From the IMG/VR virus record IMGVR_UViG_3300028042_000002, positions 66,050 through 130,049 of that record: a DNA stretch of 64,000 bases. One strand, 5' to 3'. Below the pieces are notes generated by a model. That model had not been told where the DNA came from. It saw only the letters and a program-made list of their open reading frames with translations, and ran no database searches. Position numbers and translations under genes: made by a program. The DNA comes from a virus. Lineage: Duplodnaviria; Heunggongvirae; Uroviricota; Caudoviricetes. Below, in pieces: positions 18,532 through 28,531 of this stretch (the stretch's first letter is position 1; each line of letters opens with the position of its first letter).

Positions 18532-19725
18532 ATGATAAACCAATCAAATATGATAGATAAATCAGCATTAGAAATTTTTGAAATATTTTTAGATGATAAT
18601 TCACATAAAGCAGGTTATGAAAAATTCATTCATCCTGATGGAAATTATATTCCAATATCTGAAATACACGCAGAATTTGACGCATGGTGTTCCAAACTTG
18701 GAGTGTCTGCTAAAGTTTATACCAATAGAAAATTTAAACATACAATGGTGTTATACTACGTGAAATGGCTAAAGGATTATAAATTATATTTAAGTGAAAA
18801 ATTATCAAAATGTCCAATCTCAAACAATCAAACAGAGTGGAAAAAACTCCAAAAATTGACAGAATTTACAGATAATGACATCATCATTTATAAGGCGTTA
18901 ATATGGAAAATTAAAACCCAACTTATAACAAATAAACAAATCAAGATACAATTTCCAATGCCAGTATTATTCAGTACTAAACAAGGCTTGGGTAAATCAT
19001 ATTTTAATAAATTATTATGTGAACCATTAGGCGAACTTTCAATTGAACGTGATATTTCAGTTTTAAACGATGAAAATAATTCTAAATTATTTAAAGATAT
19101 GTTACTTATCAACTTTGATGAAATGGCTAGTCAAACTAAGGAAAGCTTAACAAACCTTAAGAGTATTTTAACTAAAGATGATATCCAATTTAGAGAAATT
19201 TATACAGCTAATCAGATTACAGTAAAAAAGATGTTTTGTAGTGTAGGTTCATCTAATAAATCATTACATGAAATTTTAAATGATACGACAGGCTCGCGTA
19301 GATTATGGCAAGTTAGTTTAATTAAATCAATATATAAGACTATTCATAGTATTGATTTTCTTGAACTGTATCGAGAAGTTGATCACAATAAACCATGTGA
19401 ACTAATGAATGATGAATGTTATACTAAAATAATGGATATTCAACAATCAACCCAGCGTAAAAAGGATATTGTTGAATATTGGATTGAAGCTTGGAATTGT
19501 AATATTAATTATGGTGATATGATAGAAGTTGATATTCCATTAAATAATAGTACATATACTTCTATGTATTTATATAAACATTTTGAAAATTGGTGTATAA
19601 TTAACAATGAAAAAGTATTATCACATAATAAATTTGGTAGAAGTGTTAAAAATTATTTATCAACTGTTTTTATTAAGCACCGTACAAGTAAATTTAAAGG
19701 TTACAAATTTATCACACCACAATAA
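18532..19725 (+). CDS. D5_N-like + VirE-family P-loop NTPase (P4-alpha-type primase-helicase C-terminal module)
   Basis: 'LYAEFDAWC' D5_N-like region. Walker A 'KQGLGKSYF', Walker B 'INFDEMAS', VirE signature 'NDTTGSRRLWQV'. Confidence 0.65.
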   Translation: MINQSNMIDKSALEIFEIFLDDNSHKAGYEKFIHPDGNYIPISEIHAEFDAWCSKLGVSAKVYTNRKFKHTMVLYYVKWLKDYKLYLSEKLSKCPISNNQTEWKKLQKLTEFTDNDIIIYKALIWKIKTQLITNKQIKIQFPMPVLFSTKQGLGKSYFNKLLCEPLGELSIERDISVLNDENNSKLFKDMLLINFDEMASQTKESLTNLKSILTKDDIQFREIYTANQITVKKMFCSVGSSNKSLHEILNDTTGSRRLWQVSLIKSIYKTIHSIDFLELYREVDHNKPCELMNDECYTKIMDIQQSTQRKKDIVEYWIEAWNCNINYGDMIEVDIPLNNSTYTSMYLYKHFENWCIINNEKVLSHNKFGRSVKNYLSTVFIKHRTSKFKGYKFITPQ

Positions 19726-19739
19726 ACAGGCACATTAAC

Positions 19740-19982
19740 ATGAACCAAAATCAATTAAAAATAATAGAAATTTCTTCATTTACATCATCTTTATATTGTT
19801 CTCAAGTATTATTTATGAATTTTATTAGTAGCAACTTTACCGACTATTTAATATTATTTTTAGCCATTGTACTTACAATTTTAACCATATTAAATTTAAA
19901 ATTAAGAAATGATATCAAGAAATTAGATATGGAATTAGGAGGGTTAGATTTACAACTTAATAATTATGCAAAAAAGTTGTAG
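19740..19982 (+). CDS. small membrane protein
   Basis: One TM segment with a coiled C-terminus. Confidence 0.4.
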   Translation: MNQNQLKIIEISSFTSSLYCSQVLFMNFISSNFTDYLILFLAIVLTILTILNLKLRNDIKKLDMELGGLDLQLNNYAKKL

Positions 19983-20110
19983 TAATTGTCAATGGTGGCA
20001 AAAAGTAAGACAAATTAAAGGTATTTGCAATCGTTATGATTATGGTTGGGTTAATTCTGATTATAATTGTAACGGGTGGCAAAGAATTAAAACTTATAAA
20101 AAGGTAAATT

Positions 20111-20413
20111 ATGATAAAAAATTTAAAAATTATGATTAGTGCAAATAGATTTAAAGGTGATTATAATGATACAATTATTTATGAATGCACCAAACCTAAA
20201 CATATTCATAAATTAATTAATTTTTTTGGAGTTGAAAAAAGTTACGATGATATTGGATATTTTGACGATAATATACCATTATTAGATGATAAAGGTGATA
20301 TTATAATTGATGAGCAAACCCTTAGACATTTAAAAACAGTTGAATTATTATTAAACGATGTGGAAGGTAATTATAATGCAACATATAGTTTGATTGTATT
20401 ACTCAAATATTGA
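20111..20413 (+). CDS. hypothetical protein
   Basis: ORF after an AAAGGTAAAT RBS. Confidence 0.4.
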   Translation: MIKNLKIMISANRFKGDYNDTIIYECTKPKHIHKLINFFGVEKSYDDIGYFDDNIPLLDDKGDIIIDEQTLRHLKTVELLLNDVEGNYNATYSLIVLLKY

Positions 20414-20578
20414 TATATAAAAAAGGTAAATCATGATGAAAATTAAAAAACAATGTAAAAATTGCTCTCATTGGGTTGAAAAATGTGAAATTGGATTATG
20501 TTTAAAGTATCCATACAAATGGACAGATTATAACCATAGTTGTATAAATTATAAACAAGTTAATAGAGGTAATATGTA

Positions 20579-20890
20579 ATGAGCATTCATAAATGTATCC
20601 AGTGTAATACCATAAAAGAATGTTATTCAAGCCTTAATAAAATTAACGATATAGTTGATTGTTGGATTTATATATGTAAAGATTGTCGAGATGATAATAT
20701 TAAATCAAATATTGAAAATTTTAATGATGACACAAGTTACACAAATGAAATAATATGCCCTCATTGCGGCTACGTTGAAGATGTTAGCTGGGAATATGCT
20801 GATAATAATGATAGAATCAATTGTCCTGAATGTGATAACAACTTTAATTATAATCGTAATATTGAAGTAACATATTCAACTAATAAATAA
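20579..20890 (+). CDS. zinc-ribbon protein (4 CxxC)
   Basis: CIQC, CKDC, CPHCG and CPEC motifs. Confidence 0.45.
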   Translation: MSIHKCIQCNTIKECYSSLNKINDIVDCWIYICKDCRDDNIKSNIENFNDDTSYTNEIICPHCGYVEDVSWEYADNNDRINCPECDNNFNYNRNIEVTYSTNK

Positions 20891-20900
20891 GGTAAATACA

Positions 20901-21182
20901 ATGATGAAAAATGGTAAACTGTCTGCCGAAGAATGTACAATGAAATTAAAAGATAACGATATTAACAATAATTTTTCATATTCAAACTGGTTTATATATA
21001 GTAATGACGAATTTAATTATGCTTTTTATCGTAATTATGGTTATATTAAAGCATGGGTTACACCTAAATCATTATTATTAAAATATTATAACACTTTTAA
21101 AGCTAAATGTTTACATGATAATAATTTCCCCGTTTACATAATGAATGAACAAGCTAACCAATATGAACTAAAACTAAAATGA
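20901..21182 (+). CDS. hypothetical protein (domain shared with 21196-21798)
   Basis: 'NYAFYRNYGYIKAWVTPKSLLLKYYNTFK' aligns with 'NNAFYKYYGYIKSKFTPNFILLKFYNRFK'. Confidence 0.45.
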   Translation: MMKNGKLSAEECTMKLKDNDINNNFSYSNWFIYSNDEFNYAFYRNYGYIKAWVTPKSLLLKYYNTFKAKCLHDNNFPVYIMNEQANQYELKLK

Positions 21183-21195
21183 AAAGGTAAATAAA

Positions 21196-21798
21196 ATGAA
21201 AAATATTCAATATTATTATATTAAAATTGAAGTTTATTCTGATGGTAAAGCATTAGTAACCTACAATAATCAAAAAAAATTAGATTATTGTTATAATAAA
21301 TTAACGTTAGAAAAATGTATTGAAGATAAAGGAAGATTTTCAGATGAAGAAATAGGATATAATTCATTCATTAAAAATAGGTATAAATTATATACACTAA
21401 GATTGAATGTAATAGAACGTGAAAATTATGTAGAATTTGATATCAATCTCAATGATAGTCCAGTTGATATTTATTTTAATATTTGTGAAAATTTAAGTCA
21501 TATTAAAATTGAAAATACTATTAAAAATATGAAGAAAACTAAAATTGAGGCGGAAGAACATTATATGAGATTAGTTGATAATACAACTTTAGAATTAAAA
21601 ACGTTTATATCATCAAATGAAGATTTTAATAATGCATTTTATAAATATTATGGATATATTAAATCGAAATTCACACCTAATTTCATATTATTAAAATTTT
21701 ATAACCGATTTAAATATAATGCTTGCTATGTACCTTCAAATATTCGTATAATGGAACAACAATATTACAAATATAAGTTAAATGATTTACTCAAATAA
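21196..21798 (+). CDS. hypothetical protein with duplicated domain
   Basis: C-terminal domain is paralogous to the previous ORF. Confidence 0.45.
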   Translation: MKNIQYYYIKIEVYSDGKALVTYNNQKKLDYCYNKLTLEKCIEDKGRFSDEEIGYNSFIKNRYKLYTLRLNVIERENYVEFDINLNDSPVDIYFNICENLSHIKIENTIKNMKKTKIEAEEHYMRLVDNTTLELKTFISSNEDFNNAFYKYYGYIKSKFTPNFILLKFYNRFKYNACYVPSNIRIMEQQYYKYKLNDLLK

Positions 21799-21937
21799 TA
21801 GCGAGAATAATTAAAATGACTAAATTGTTAATAAATACTTACACTTTTAGTGTTGTTGTTTATATCAACAATATAACTAAAATAATGTAACTTGACAATG
21901 GAAGTAACATATTCAACTAATAAATAAGGTAAATATT

Positions 21938-22162
21938 ATGAATAAATTTTCAGAACTACCAAATTTTAAATGTCTTTATTGCGACACAAAAATATATATT
22001 AATAATACTCAACTTAAAAAATATTCTGTAACTTGTCCCACATGTCATACTGAAATAATAGCAACGTTAACTATATCTAAAAATTGTGCAACTGGTAAAG
22101 ATTATTATATCTTCACCAAAATTAAATTATATAATAAACATTTAAAAGTTTTTATTGAATAG
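21938..22162 (+). CDS. zinc-ribbon protein
   Basis: CLYC and CPTC motifs. Confidence 0.4.
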   Translation: MNKFSELPNFKCLYCDTKIYINNTQLKKYSVTCPTCHTEIIATLTISKNCATGKDYYIFTKIKLYNKHLKVFIE

Positions 22163-22163
22163 A

Positions 22164-22655
22164 TTAAACATTAACCCACTTTTCAAACGTAAAAGTAACT
22201 GTACTAATAATAACCTCATTTAACATGGAATATCCCATATTTATCTGGGGGGCATCAAGTGGATAAGCATTAATTAATTTTATAGCATAATCCACACTCC
22301 CATCTAATTTATCAAGATGTTCAATTGTAATATCCTTAACATAATCATCGTAGAATTTAATTAAACCTGTATTATTATCAATAACATCATTAAGCCAGTT
22401 ATCAAAGAATAACTTTTGTGGCAAACCTTTCGTATTAATAAATGAAAATGTAACATCTTGAAATACATTACTAATTGGTAATTTAAATTTATTATTATAA
22501 TGTTGATTATTAGACGTTAAAAAATTTCTACTTGGTAATGATGAAGTGTTGCACATCATAGTTAAACTTTCATCGCCATTTGGAAATATAATATTATATC
22601 TTGATGGACTTGCTAACCCTTCACTAATGTTGGCTATAAATTTATCAATATTCAT
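22164..22655 (-). CDS. gp3: tail-tube-fold protein (gp19 paralog; gp3-like tail completion/sheath stabiliser by size and neighbourhood)
   Basis: N-terminus 'IDKFIANISEGLASPSRYNIIFP' parallels the gp19 N-terminus 'INEFIANFQGGGARPNLYRISF'. 163 aa. Confidence 0.45.
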   Translation of the reverse strand: MNIDKFIANISEGLASPSRYNIIFPNGDESLTMMCNTSSLPSRNFLTSNNQHYNNKFKLPISNVFQDVTFSFINTKGLPQKLFFDNWLNDVIDNNTGLIKFYDDYVKDITIEHLDKLDGSVDYAIKLINAYPLDAPQINMGYSMLNEVIISTVTFTFEKWVNV

Positions 22656-23284
22656 GAATTTTTAACCATTGCTCGACTATCCTTCCACACTTCACGTTTA
22701 TCAGCTTTCTTAAATTGTTCAACGGGTAAAAATACGACAATTTCCCATTCATCAAAATCAACTTGAACAAAATTAGACCTAACGTGAGACCATAAATACC
22801 TTTTAATAGTAGGTTGATATGGAGTACCCTTTAAACTTTGTAATAATTGATAGCTTATTTTAATATAATCTTCATTTTTACCACGGTCAATAGTTTTAGA
22901 TTTTAACTTTAATAATTCATCAAGTAATTTAGCTCTTAATAAGTTAGGCAAATAATGAAAATTTAACCCTAAAAAACCATTATCAGTATATCCAATTGGA
23001 ATAACTAGAGGGAAAGTGTCGTAATATTTCAATACTTTTTTCCACTTTGGGTCATAAATATAAAAATACATAAATCCTATTCTTGGTAATGAATGAAATG
23101 TAAATTTATCACGACTTGATTTATCTGCTCCACCTTTTTTAATTATACTAAAAAACCATGAATTGCCTTTCTTTTTACCTTTAATTTTATCGGTGAACCA
23201 CGATTTAGCATTTTTTATCTTCGCACGAATGCCATTATTGGTTAAACTTTTTAACTTATCTGATAGTGATTTAGTTTTCTTCAT
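22652..23284 (-). CDS. gp2/gp4-like head completion / DNA end-protector candidate
   Basis: Adjacent to the gp3-like gene, as in the T4 3-2-4 cluster. Motif 'YDPKWK..YYDTFPLV...GFLGLNFHYLP'. Assignment is from memory of the family, not verified. Confidence 0.3.
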   Translation of the reverse strand: MKKTKSLSDKLKSLTNNGIRAKIKNAKSWFTDKIKGKKKGNSWFFSIIKKGGADKSSRDKFTFHSLPRIGFMYFYIYDPKWKKVLKYYDTFPLVIPIGYTDNGFLGLNFHYLPNLLRAKLLDELLKLKSKTIDRGKNEDYIKISYQLLQSLKGTPYQPTIKRYLWSHVRSNFVQVDFDEWEIVVFLPVEQFKKADKREVWKDSRAMVKNS

Positions 23285-23357
23285 GTTTTTAATAGTATTT
23301 ATATTAATAAATCTGATATAATTAATTTTTAATAATTATAATTAAATAGGTAAAATA

Positions 23358-23585
23358 ATGAAAAATGTACAAGAAATGACAATTGATGAATGGTTAAATA
23401 AATTAGGATATTATTCTAATAAATATGGAAAAACTACTGATAAAAGGTGTTATGCTGACTACTTTAGAAAACATAATATAGATAAAAACTGTATCACAAC
23501 ATGGAAACGTGAACAATATTCAGTTATTGGCAATGATGAAAATGGTTGGAAATTGGTTACATGCAGACGAGTATTGAATATATGA
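23358..23585 (+). CDS. hypothetical small protein
   Basis: ORF. Confidence 0.35.
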   Translation: MKNVQEMTIDEWLNKLGYYSNKYGKTTDKRCYADYFRKHNIDKNCITTWKREQYSVIGNDENGWKLVTCRRVLNI

Positions 23586-23933
23586 TAAATAAATTAAAAA
23601 ATATATTAGGTTTACCGAATAAAGATATTATTAAAATTGTTGAACATCAATCTAGTGCAAGTATTAATACAGTTTATAATATTTTAAATAATGTCTTTGA
23701 TTTTAGTCCAGCATCATTAAGTAAAACATATTTAATAAATGGTAATACTTTATTTGAATTATTAATTAGAGATAACCTTAATTTCTTATTGATTACTCAT
23801 CATTCAATTATATTAAATAGATTAATGAATGATAAAGCTAGTACGATAAATTTACATTATATAAATTAACACGACATTTCCTTAATATTATAAATAATAA
23901 CGACAATAAACTTATAATTTTAAGGAAATAAAA

Positions 23934-24413
23934 ATGAATATATCTACAGCAGAAATTAATCAATATAGAACATGGTTAACTGACTATTTAGCAACCCACA
24001 AACTTGAAGATAGTGCAACAGTAAAAACATCATTAGGTAATTATTATTTTTCTAACCAAGATGCTAGAATTAAAAATTTATTAATTGAATTACAATCTAA
24101 TATACCATTTCAATCGGCTCAAGGTGGAATAATTGATGTGGTTACTATTACAAACGGTGGCACAGGTTATTCTATTGGTGATAAAATTGTAATTACATCA
24201 TTAACAGGTGAAAATGGTGGAATTGTTGTTGATGGTGTAACTTTAGGTGTTATTACATCTGTAAAAGTAGTGAATAATGGTACAGGTTACGAAGATATTA
24301 CGTTAGATGCTACAAATATTGGCAATGGTGATGCGGTATTAACTGCTACATTTACTGCAACTACTGCAAAATCTCAAGTATCGGTAGTACAAGGTATTAT
24401 TGATACATTATAA
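23934..24413 (+). CDS. Gly-rich NGGTGY-repeat protein (surface/decoration candidate)
   Basis: Repeats 'VTITNGGTGYSIGDKIVIT' and 'VVNNGTGYEDITL' are also present in the gp18 insertion. Confidence 0.5.
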   Translation: MNISTAEINQYRTWLTDYLATHKLEDSATVKTSLGNYYFSNQDARIKNLLIELQSNIPFQSAQGGIIDVVTITNGGTGYSIGDKIVITSLTGENGGIVVDGVTLGVITSVKVVNNGTGYEDITLDATNIGNGDAVLTATFTATTAKSQVSVVQGIIDTL

Positions 24414-24436
24414 AAATAATTAAAGGTTATATAAAT

Positions 24437-24703
24437 ATGAATACAATAAAAGAAGATTTACTTAAATTTTTAAAAAGAATGGAACGAGATAACCCAAGAA
24501 ATAAATTTAAAGTTACTGATGGTGTAAATTATTATAAAATAGAAAATGATAATCAAACATGGGGATTTATGGATAAAAAAGGTTATATATGGGCTTCGTT
24601 GAGTGCAAATAACCCAAACCCTAATTATTCTCGTGGATATGTTGATGATTTAATGTGGAATTATAAAAAATATTCTAAAAAATGGGAATTGGCGGTAGAA
24701 TAA
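24437..24703 (+). CDS. hypothetical protein
   Basis: ORF. Confidence 0.4.
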   Translation: MNTIKEDLLKFLKRMERDNPRNKFKVTDGVNYYKIENDNQTWGFMDKKGYIWASLSANNPNPNYSRGYVDDLMWNYKKYSKKWELAVE

Positions 24704-24954
24704 TATGATAAATACAGATAAAAGTTCAACCTACAAATTTAGACCAGCTTTAGACAGTGAATGGAAAGAACGACAACACAATCGCAACTTAAATCCATTT
24801 TATACTCCTAATAAACGTAACGATAATAATAAATATAATAATACACAAAAAGATTATATTGAACAATATCCTTACATGTAATAATTGGTATAAATATGAA
24901 TTTTTCAAAAGCTTTACAAGAATTAAAAAATGGTAATAAAGTTAGTCGCACAAT

Positions 24955-25407
24955 ATGAAAATTTTAAAATACGTAGAAACTTCATTTAGAGGTAAACCAA
25001 GTTTCATCATTAAAATGAATGGAATTAAATATTTATCAAATGGTTGTGTATTTGTTGAATATAATAATAAAAATGTTAAGAAGTTAATTAATAAATATGA
25101 TTGTAGAAGTTTTATTGATGAATTAATGCAAAGTAAATCTATTAAATTTAAAAATTTAACAAATGGTCGTTATATGTTCTATGGTTGTACATTACCGGAC
25201 AATTTTAACCCTAATTTAGAAAAGTTAACATGTGGTTATTCGATGTTTGAAGGTTGCACATTACCTGACAATTTTAATCCTAATTTAGAAAATTTAACAG
25301 ATGGTCGTTATATGTTCTATGGTTGTACATTATCTGATAAATTTAACCCTAATTTAGAAAAGTTAACAAAAGGTCTTTTCATGTTTGAATGTTGTACACG
25401 TTATTAA
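24955..25407 (+). CDS. BspA-like leucine-rich-repeat (LRR_5-type) protein
   Basis: 3.5 tandem 23-aa repeats 'NLTNGRYMFYGCTLPDNFNPNLEKLT'. Confidence 0.5.
   Translation: MKILKYVETSFRGKPSFIIKMNGIKYLSNGCVFVEYNNKNVKKLINKYDCRSFIDELMQSKSIKFKNLTNGRYMFYGCTLPDNFNPNLEKLTCGYSMFEGCTLPDNFNPNLENLTDGRYMFYGCTLSDKFNPNLEKLTKGLFMFECCTRY
25153..25404 (+). repeat. 69-bp tandem repeat, about 3.6 copies (encodes LRR units)
   Basis: Near-identical DNA units visible directly in the sequence. Confidence 0.7.
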
Positions 25408-25430
25408 TTTATAATAATATAATTTTAATC

Positions 25431-25466
25431 AACCACTATTTAACTTTTAATAGTGGTTTTTTATTG
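25431..25466 (+). terminator. rho-independent terminator
   Basis: aaccactat-loop-atagtggtt followed by tttttt. Confidence 0.55.
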
Positions 25467-25527
25467 CCACAAATTTATTATAATGATAATATACATATTC
25501 ACTAATTAAAGGTAATAACATAATAAT

Positions 25528-26667
25528 ATGAACAATTTATATAATGGTTTAATGAAATTACAACATGATAATCCAGCATTTTATTACTCTGACCAAAATT
25601 ACAACGATAAAACATTAATTCGAACATTTAATTATAGACTAGCAACTTGGACAGATTTTCAACTTCCTTATGCGTTGGATAGTCGCGGAACTTCATTCAT
25701 TTTAAGAGATAATCAAAAACCTAAATTATTTTGCCGAGGGTATCAAAAGTTTTTTAATTTGGGTGAAGGTATTCCAAAAGACGAATTTATTAAAAATAAT
25801 AGAATAGTTTCAGTATTTGAAAAAGTTGACGGGAGTTTAATATCAGTTGGTATGATTGACGATAACTTAAAATTATTAGCTAAATCTAAATCAACAATTC
25901 ATTCAGACCATGCTATAACTGCACAATCAATTATTGATAATAATGTAGAATTACAACGATTTATTGCTAATAAGATTACTCGGGGATACACTCCACATTT
26001 TGAATTAGTTGGTAAAGATTTTAGAATAGTTTTGAATTATAAAGAAACTGAATTAATTTATTTAGGGTGCGTAAATAATCTTACAGGTGAATTAGTAGAA
26101 TTACCACCAATCAGAGGTTCATTTAAATATAATAGTTTTAAAATGGTTAAAGATTATTTATATACATGGAAAGATTTATTAGATATTCAAGCCAATCATC
26201 CAGCTAATATTGAGGGATTTGTAGTTAAAGTTGATGACGGTTCATTAGTTAAGGTAAAATTAAATAGTTATTGTCATATTCATCATTTAAAAGATAATAT
26301 TTATAATTCTAAAAATTTAGTTGCATTAATATTAGACAGAAAACTTGACGACCTCTATGATATTTTTAGTGATAATAATGAAGCATTGGCGCACATTAAA
26401 AACTGTGAAAAATTGATATCCAATCATTATAATAATTTAATCATAGAAATTAATAAATTAGCAAGTTCTTATATTGATGATTATAATTCAAATCGGAAAG
26501 AGTTTGCAATTAAGAACCACACCAATACAATATTTCATATAGTAATGAAAATAATTCATGTTAGAGATGATATACTTATTGAAAGTATGTTAACTGATTA
26601 CATTAAAAAACAATGTTCAACTAAAGATAAAGCGGATTTATATTTAAGAAAAATGATAGAATTATGA
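25528..26667 (+). CDS. rnlA: RNA ligase 1 (T4 Rnl1/gp63-like)
   Basis: Motif I 'KVDGSL', motifs IV/V 'EGFVVKVDDGSLVKVK'. Collinear similarity to T4 Rnl1 from the N-terminus ('LYNGLMKL...FYYSD'). Confidence 0.85.
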   Translation: MNNLYNGLMKLQHDNPAFYYSDQNYNDKTLIRTFNYRLATWTDFQLPYALDSRGTSFILRDNQKPKLFCRGYQKFFNLGEGIPKDEFIKNNRIVSVFEKVDGSLISVGMIDDNLKLLAKSKSTIHSDHAITAQSIIDNNVELQRFIANKITRGYTPHFELVGKDFRIVLNYKETELIYLGCVNNLTGELVELPPIRGSFKYNSFKMVKDYLYTWKDLLDIQANHPANIEGFVVKVDDGSLVKVKLNSYCHIHHLKDNIYNSKNLVALILDRKLDDLYDIFSDNNEALAHIKNCEKLISNHYNNLIIEINKLASSYIDDYNSNRKEFAIKNHTNTIFHIVMKIIHVRDDILIESMLTDYIKKQCSTKDKADLYLRKMIEL

Positions 26668-27014
26668 AAATAATTATAGTAAATGTATTGAAATCTAAAT
26701 CAACTCATTATTGTGGCAGACCCTCATATTATAAATTAAAATATGGTGAAAATTGTTCAACGTTAGGTAATCCTTTTTTAATAACAAAATATGAAAATAG
26801 AGATAATGTTTGCGATAAATATGATGAATATTTCAACAATAATATATCTAATAATGGTAATATGATTAATACGTTAAATAATATGGTTAAATATTTGGAA
26901 ATTGGTAATGATATAAAATTAGGTTGTTTTTGCACCCCAAAACGTTGTCATTGTAGTACAATTAAAACATATTTAGAAAGTAAAAATATTACTAAATATA
27001 ACACATTTTTTTAA
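26664..27014 (+). CDS. DUF4326-like small protein (HYCGRP...LGNPF motifs), translationally coupled to rnlA
   Basis: ATGA overlap with the rnlA stop. Motifs recalled from the DUF4326 family. Low certainty. Confidence 0.35.
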   Translation: MKIIIVNVLKSKSTHYCGRPSYYKLKYGENCSTLGNPFLITKYENRDNVCDKYDEYFNNNISNNGNMINTLNNMVKYLEIGNDIKLGCFCTPKRCHCSTIKTYLESKNITKYNTFF

Positions 27015-27035
27015 CATTAAAAAAGGTAAAATATT

Positions 27036-27239
27036 ATGAATGACAGACGTAAAACATATTCTGAATTACTGAATGAAAACGACCAATTAAATTTTAAAGT
27101 TTTAAACCTTGAAATTGTTATCAATGGTGTTGAACTTTATATATCTACATTACGGGAAAGCTCATTGACAAGAGTTAATATTACTAATAAAACTTTAATC
27201 AAGCATCAAGAATATTTAATTAAAGTTTTATTCAAATAA
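27036..27239 (+). CDS. hypothetical small protein
   Basis: ORF after an AAAGGTAAA RBS. Confidence 0.35.
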   Translation: MNDRRKTYSELLNENDQLNFKVLNLEIVINGVELYISTLRESSLTRVNITNKTLIKHQEYLIKVLFK

Positions 27240-27421
27240 TATCCAAATTTAAAGATTATTACGATTATTCTGTATGTAATAATTATTGCTGAGATGATTG
27301 ACATATTTATAAACGATTTACAACTATTGCAGAATTACCAACTGATAAAGTTAGATTATTAAAGCATAGTAAATTTAATGATTATAAAAGTATTACAGAA
27401 TTTATTAATATCAATAATAGA

Positions 27422-27964
27422 ATGGTTGAACGGGTGACCGAATATCATTATGATTTATATATTGGTTTTTGTGGTGAAATATATCATTGTTATGTGGTAA
27501 AAATGCCTCGTAATTATACACAATGGTCTAAATATTTAGATTATCATCATTATGATTTTTATTATAATGTAAATGATTTTATTGATGGTAATATTAAAAC
27601 TAAAGATAAAAATATTATTAAATTATTTAAACGTGATGAAAATTTAAAAATTAAGCATATGTTAAATATTATCAAGAAATTTAACTTATTTGCCAAATAT
27701 AAGACACCAGTGTTTATGATGTATACCCATAATTATGATAAAGAATATAATGTAATTATCAATCCAAAACTTGAAGATGTACAATTTCATAAATTATTTA
27801 ATGGTATGCAAACGTATCAAGAAATTGAAATGTATATTGGTTCTATGATGCTTCAACGTGAAATGAATGGTAATATTACTGATGATAAAATATTAGCATT
27901 AAATCATGGTTTTGATAAATGGTCATTTCGTAAACGTCCTAAAAATTTAACAAAAGGTAATTAA
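27422..27964 (+). CDS. hypothetical protein
   Basis: 180-aa ORF. Confidence 0.45.
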   Translation: MVERVTEYHYDLYIGFCGEIYHCYVVKMPRNYTQWSKYLDYHHYDFYYNVNDFIDGNIKTKDKNIIKLFKRDENLKIKHMLNIIKKFNLFAKYKTPVFMMYTHNYDKEYNVIINPKLEDVQFHKLFNGMQTYQEIEMYIGSMMLQREMNGNITDDKILALNHGFDKWSFRKRPKNLTKGN

Positions 27965-27966
27965 AA

Positions 27967-28320
27967 ATGAATAAAACATTCGAATTAAGAGATATTTTAA
28001 CGGTAACAACTGGTAGATTATTAACAAAATCTAAATCAGATAAAGATAATGGGATTAGTTCGTTATATATAATATTGGATTATTTAACAGGTGTATCAAA
28101 TTTTACACACCAATTAGGTCAAGCCTCAACTAAAGTTAAACCAACTTTATTATCATTACACCCCGAATTAGGTAATGTGAATTTAGATTACCTAGATGAG
28201 TTATTACAAGATGATGATAAAGGATTAGCAATTTTAACATGGTTGGATTATTGTATTTCTGATTGTAAAATGAAAGCTGAATATATATTGTCACCATTAA
28301 ACATCAGTAAGATAAGATAA
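27967..28320 (+). CDS. hypothetical protein
   Basis: 117-aa ORF, coupled to the previous one. Confidence 0.45.
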   Translation: MNKTFELRDILTVTTGRLLTKSKSDKDNGISSLYIILDYLTGVSNFTHQLGQASTKVKPTLLSLHPELGNVNLDYLDELLQDDDKGLAILTWLDYCISDCKMKAEYILSPLNISKIR

Positions 28321-28321
28321 A

Positions 28322-28531
28322 ATGAATAATCACAATCAACAATTTAAATATGATGGTACTATGACTAAAGATAAAATTATTCATCATATTATTAAAGATT
28401 TAAACGGTGCTAAATATATTTATGAAAATTCAATTATTGGATTATTTGAATATTATAATGTAAGTGGATTATTTTATGAAAAGGTTAAACCTGATTTATA
28501 TAAAATGATTAAACAAGTTTATAATTATTAA
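28322..28531 (+). CDS. hypothetical small protein
   Basis: ORF. Confidence 0.35.
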   Translation: MNNHNQQFKYDGTMTKDKIIHHIIKDLNGAKYIYENSIIGLFEYYNVSGLFYEKVKPDLYKMIKQVYNY

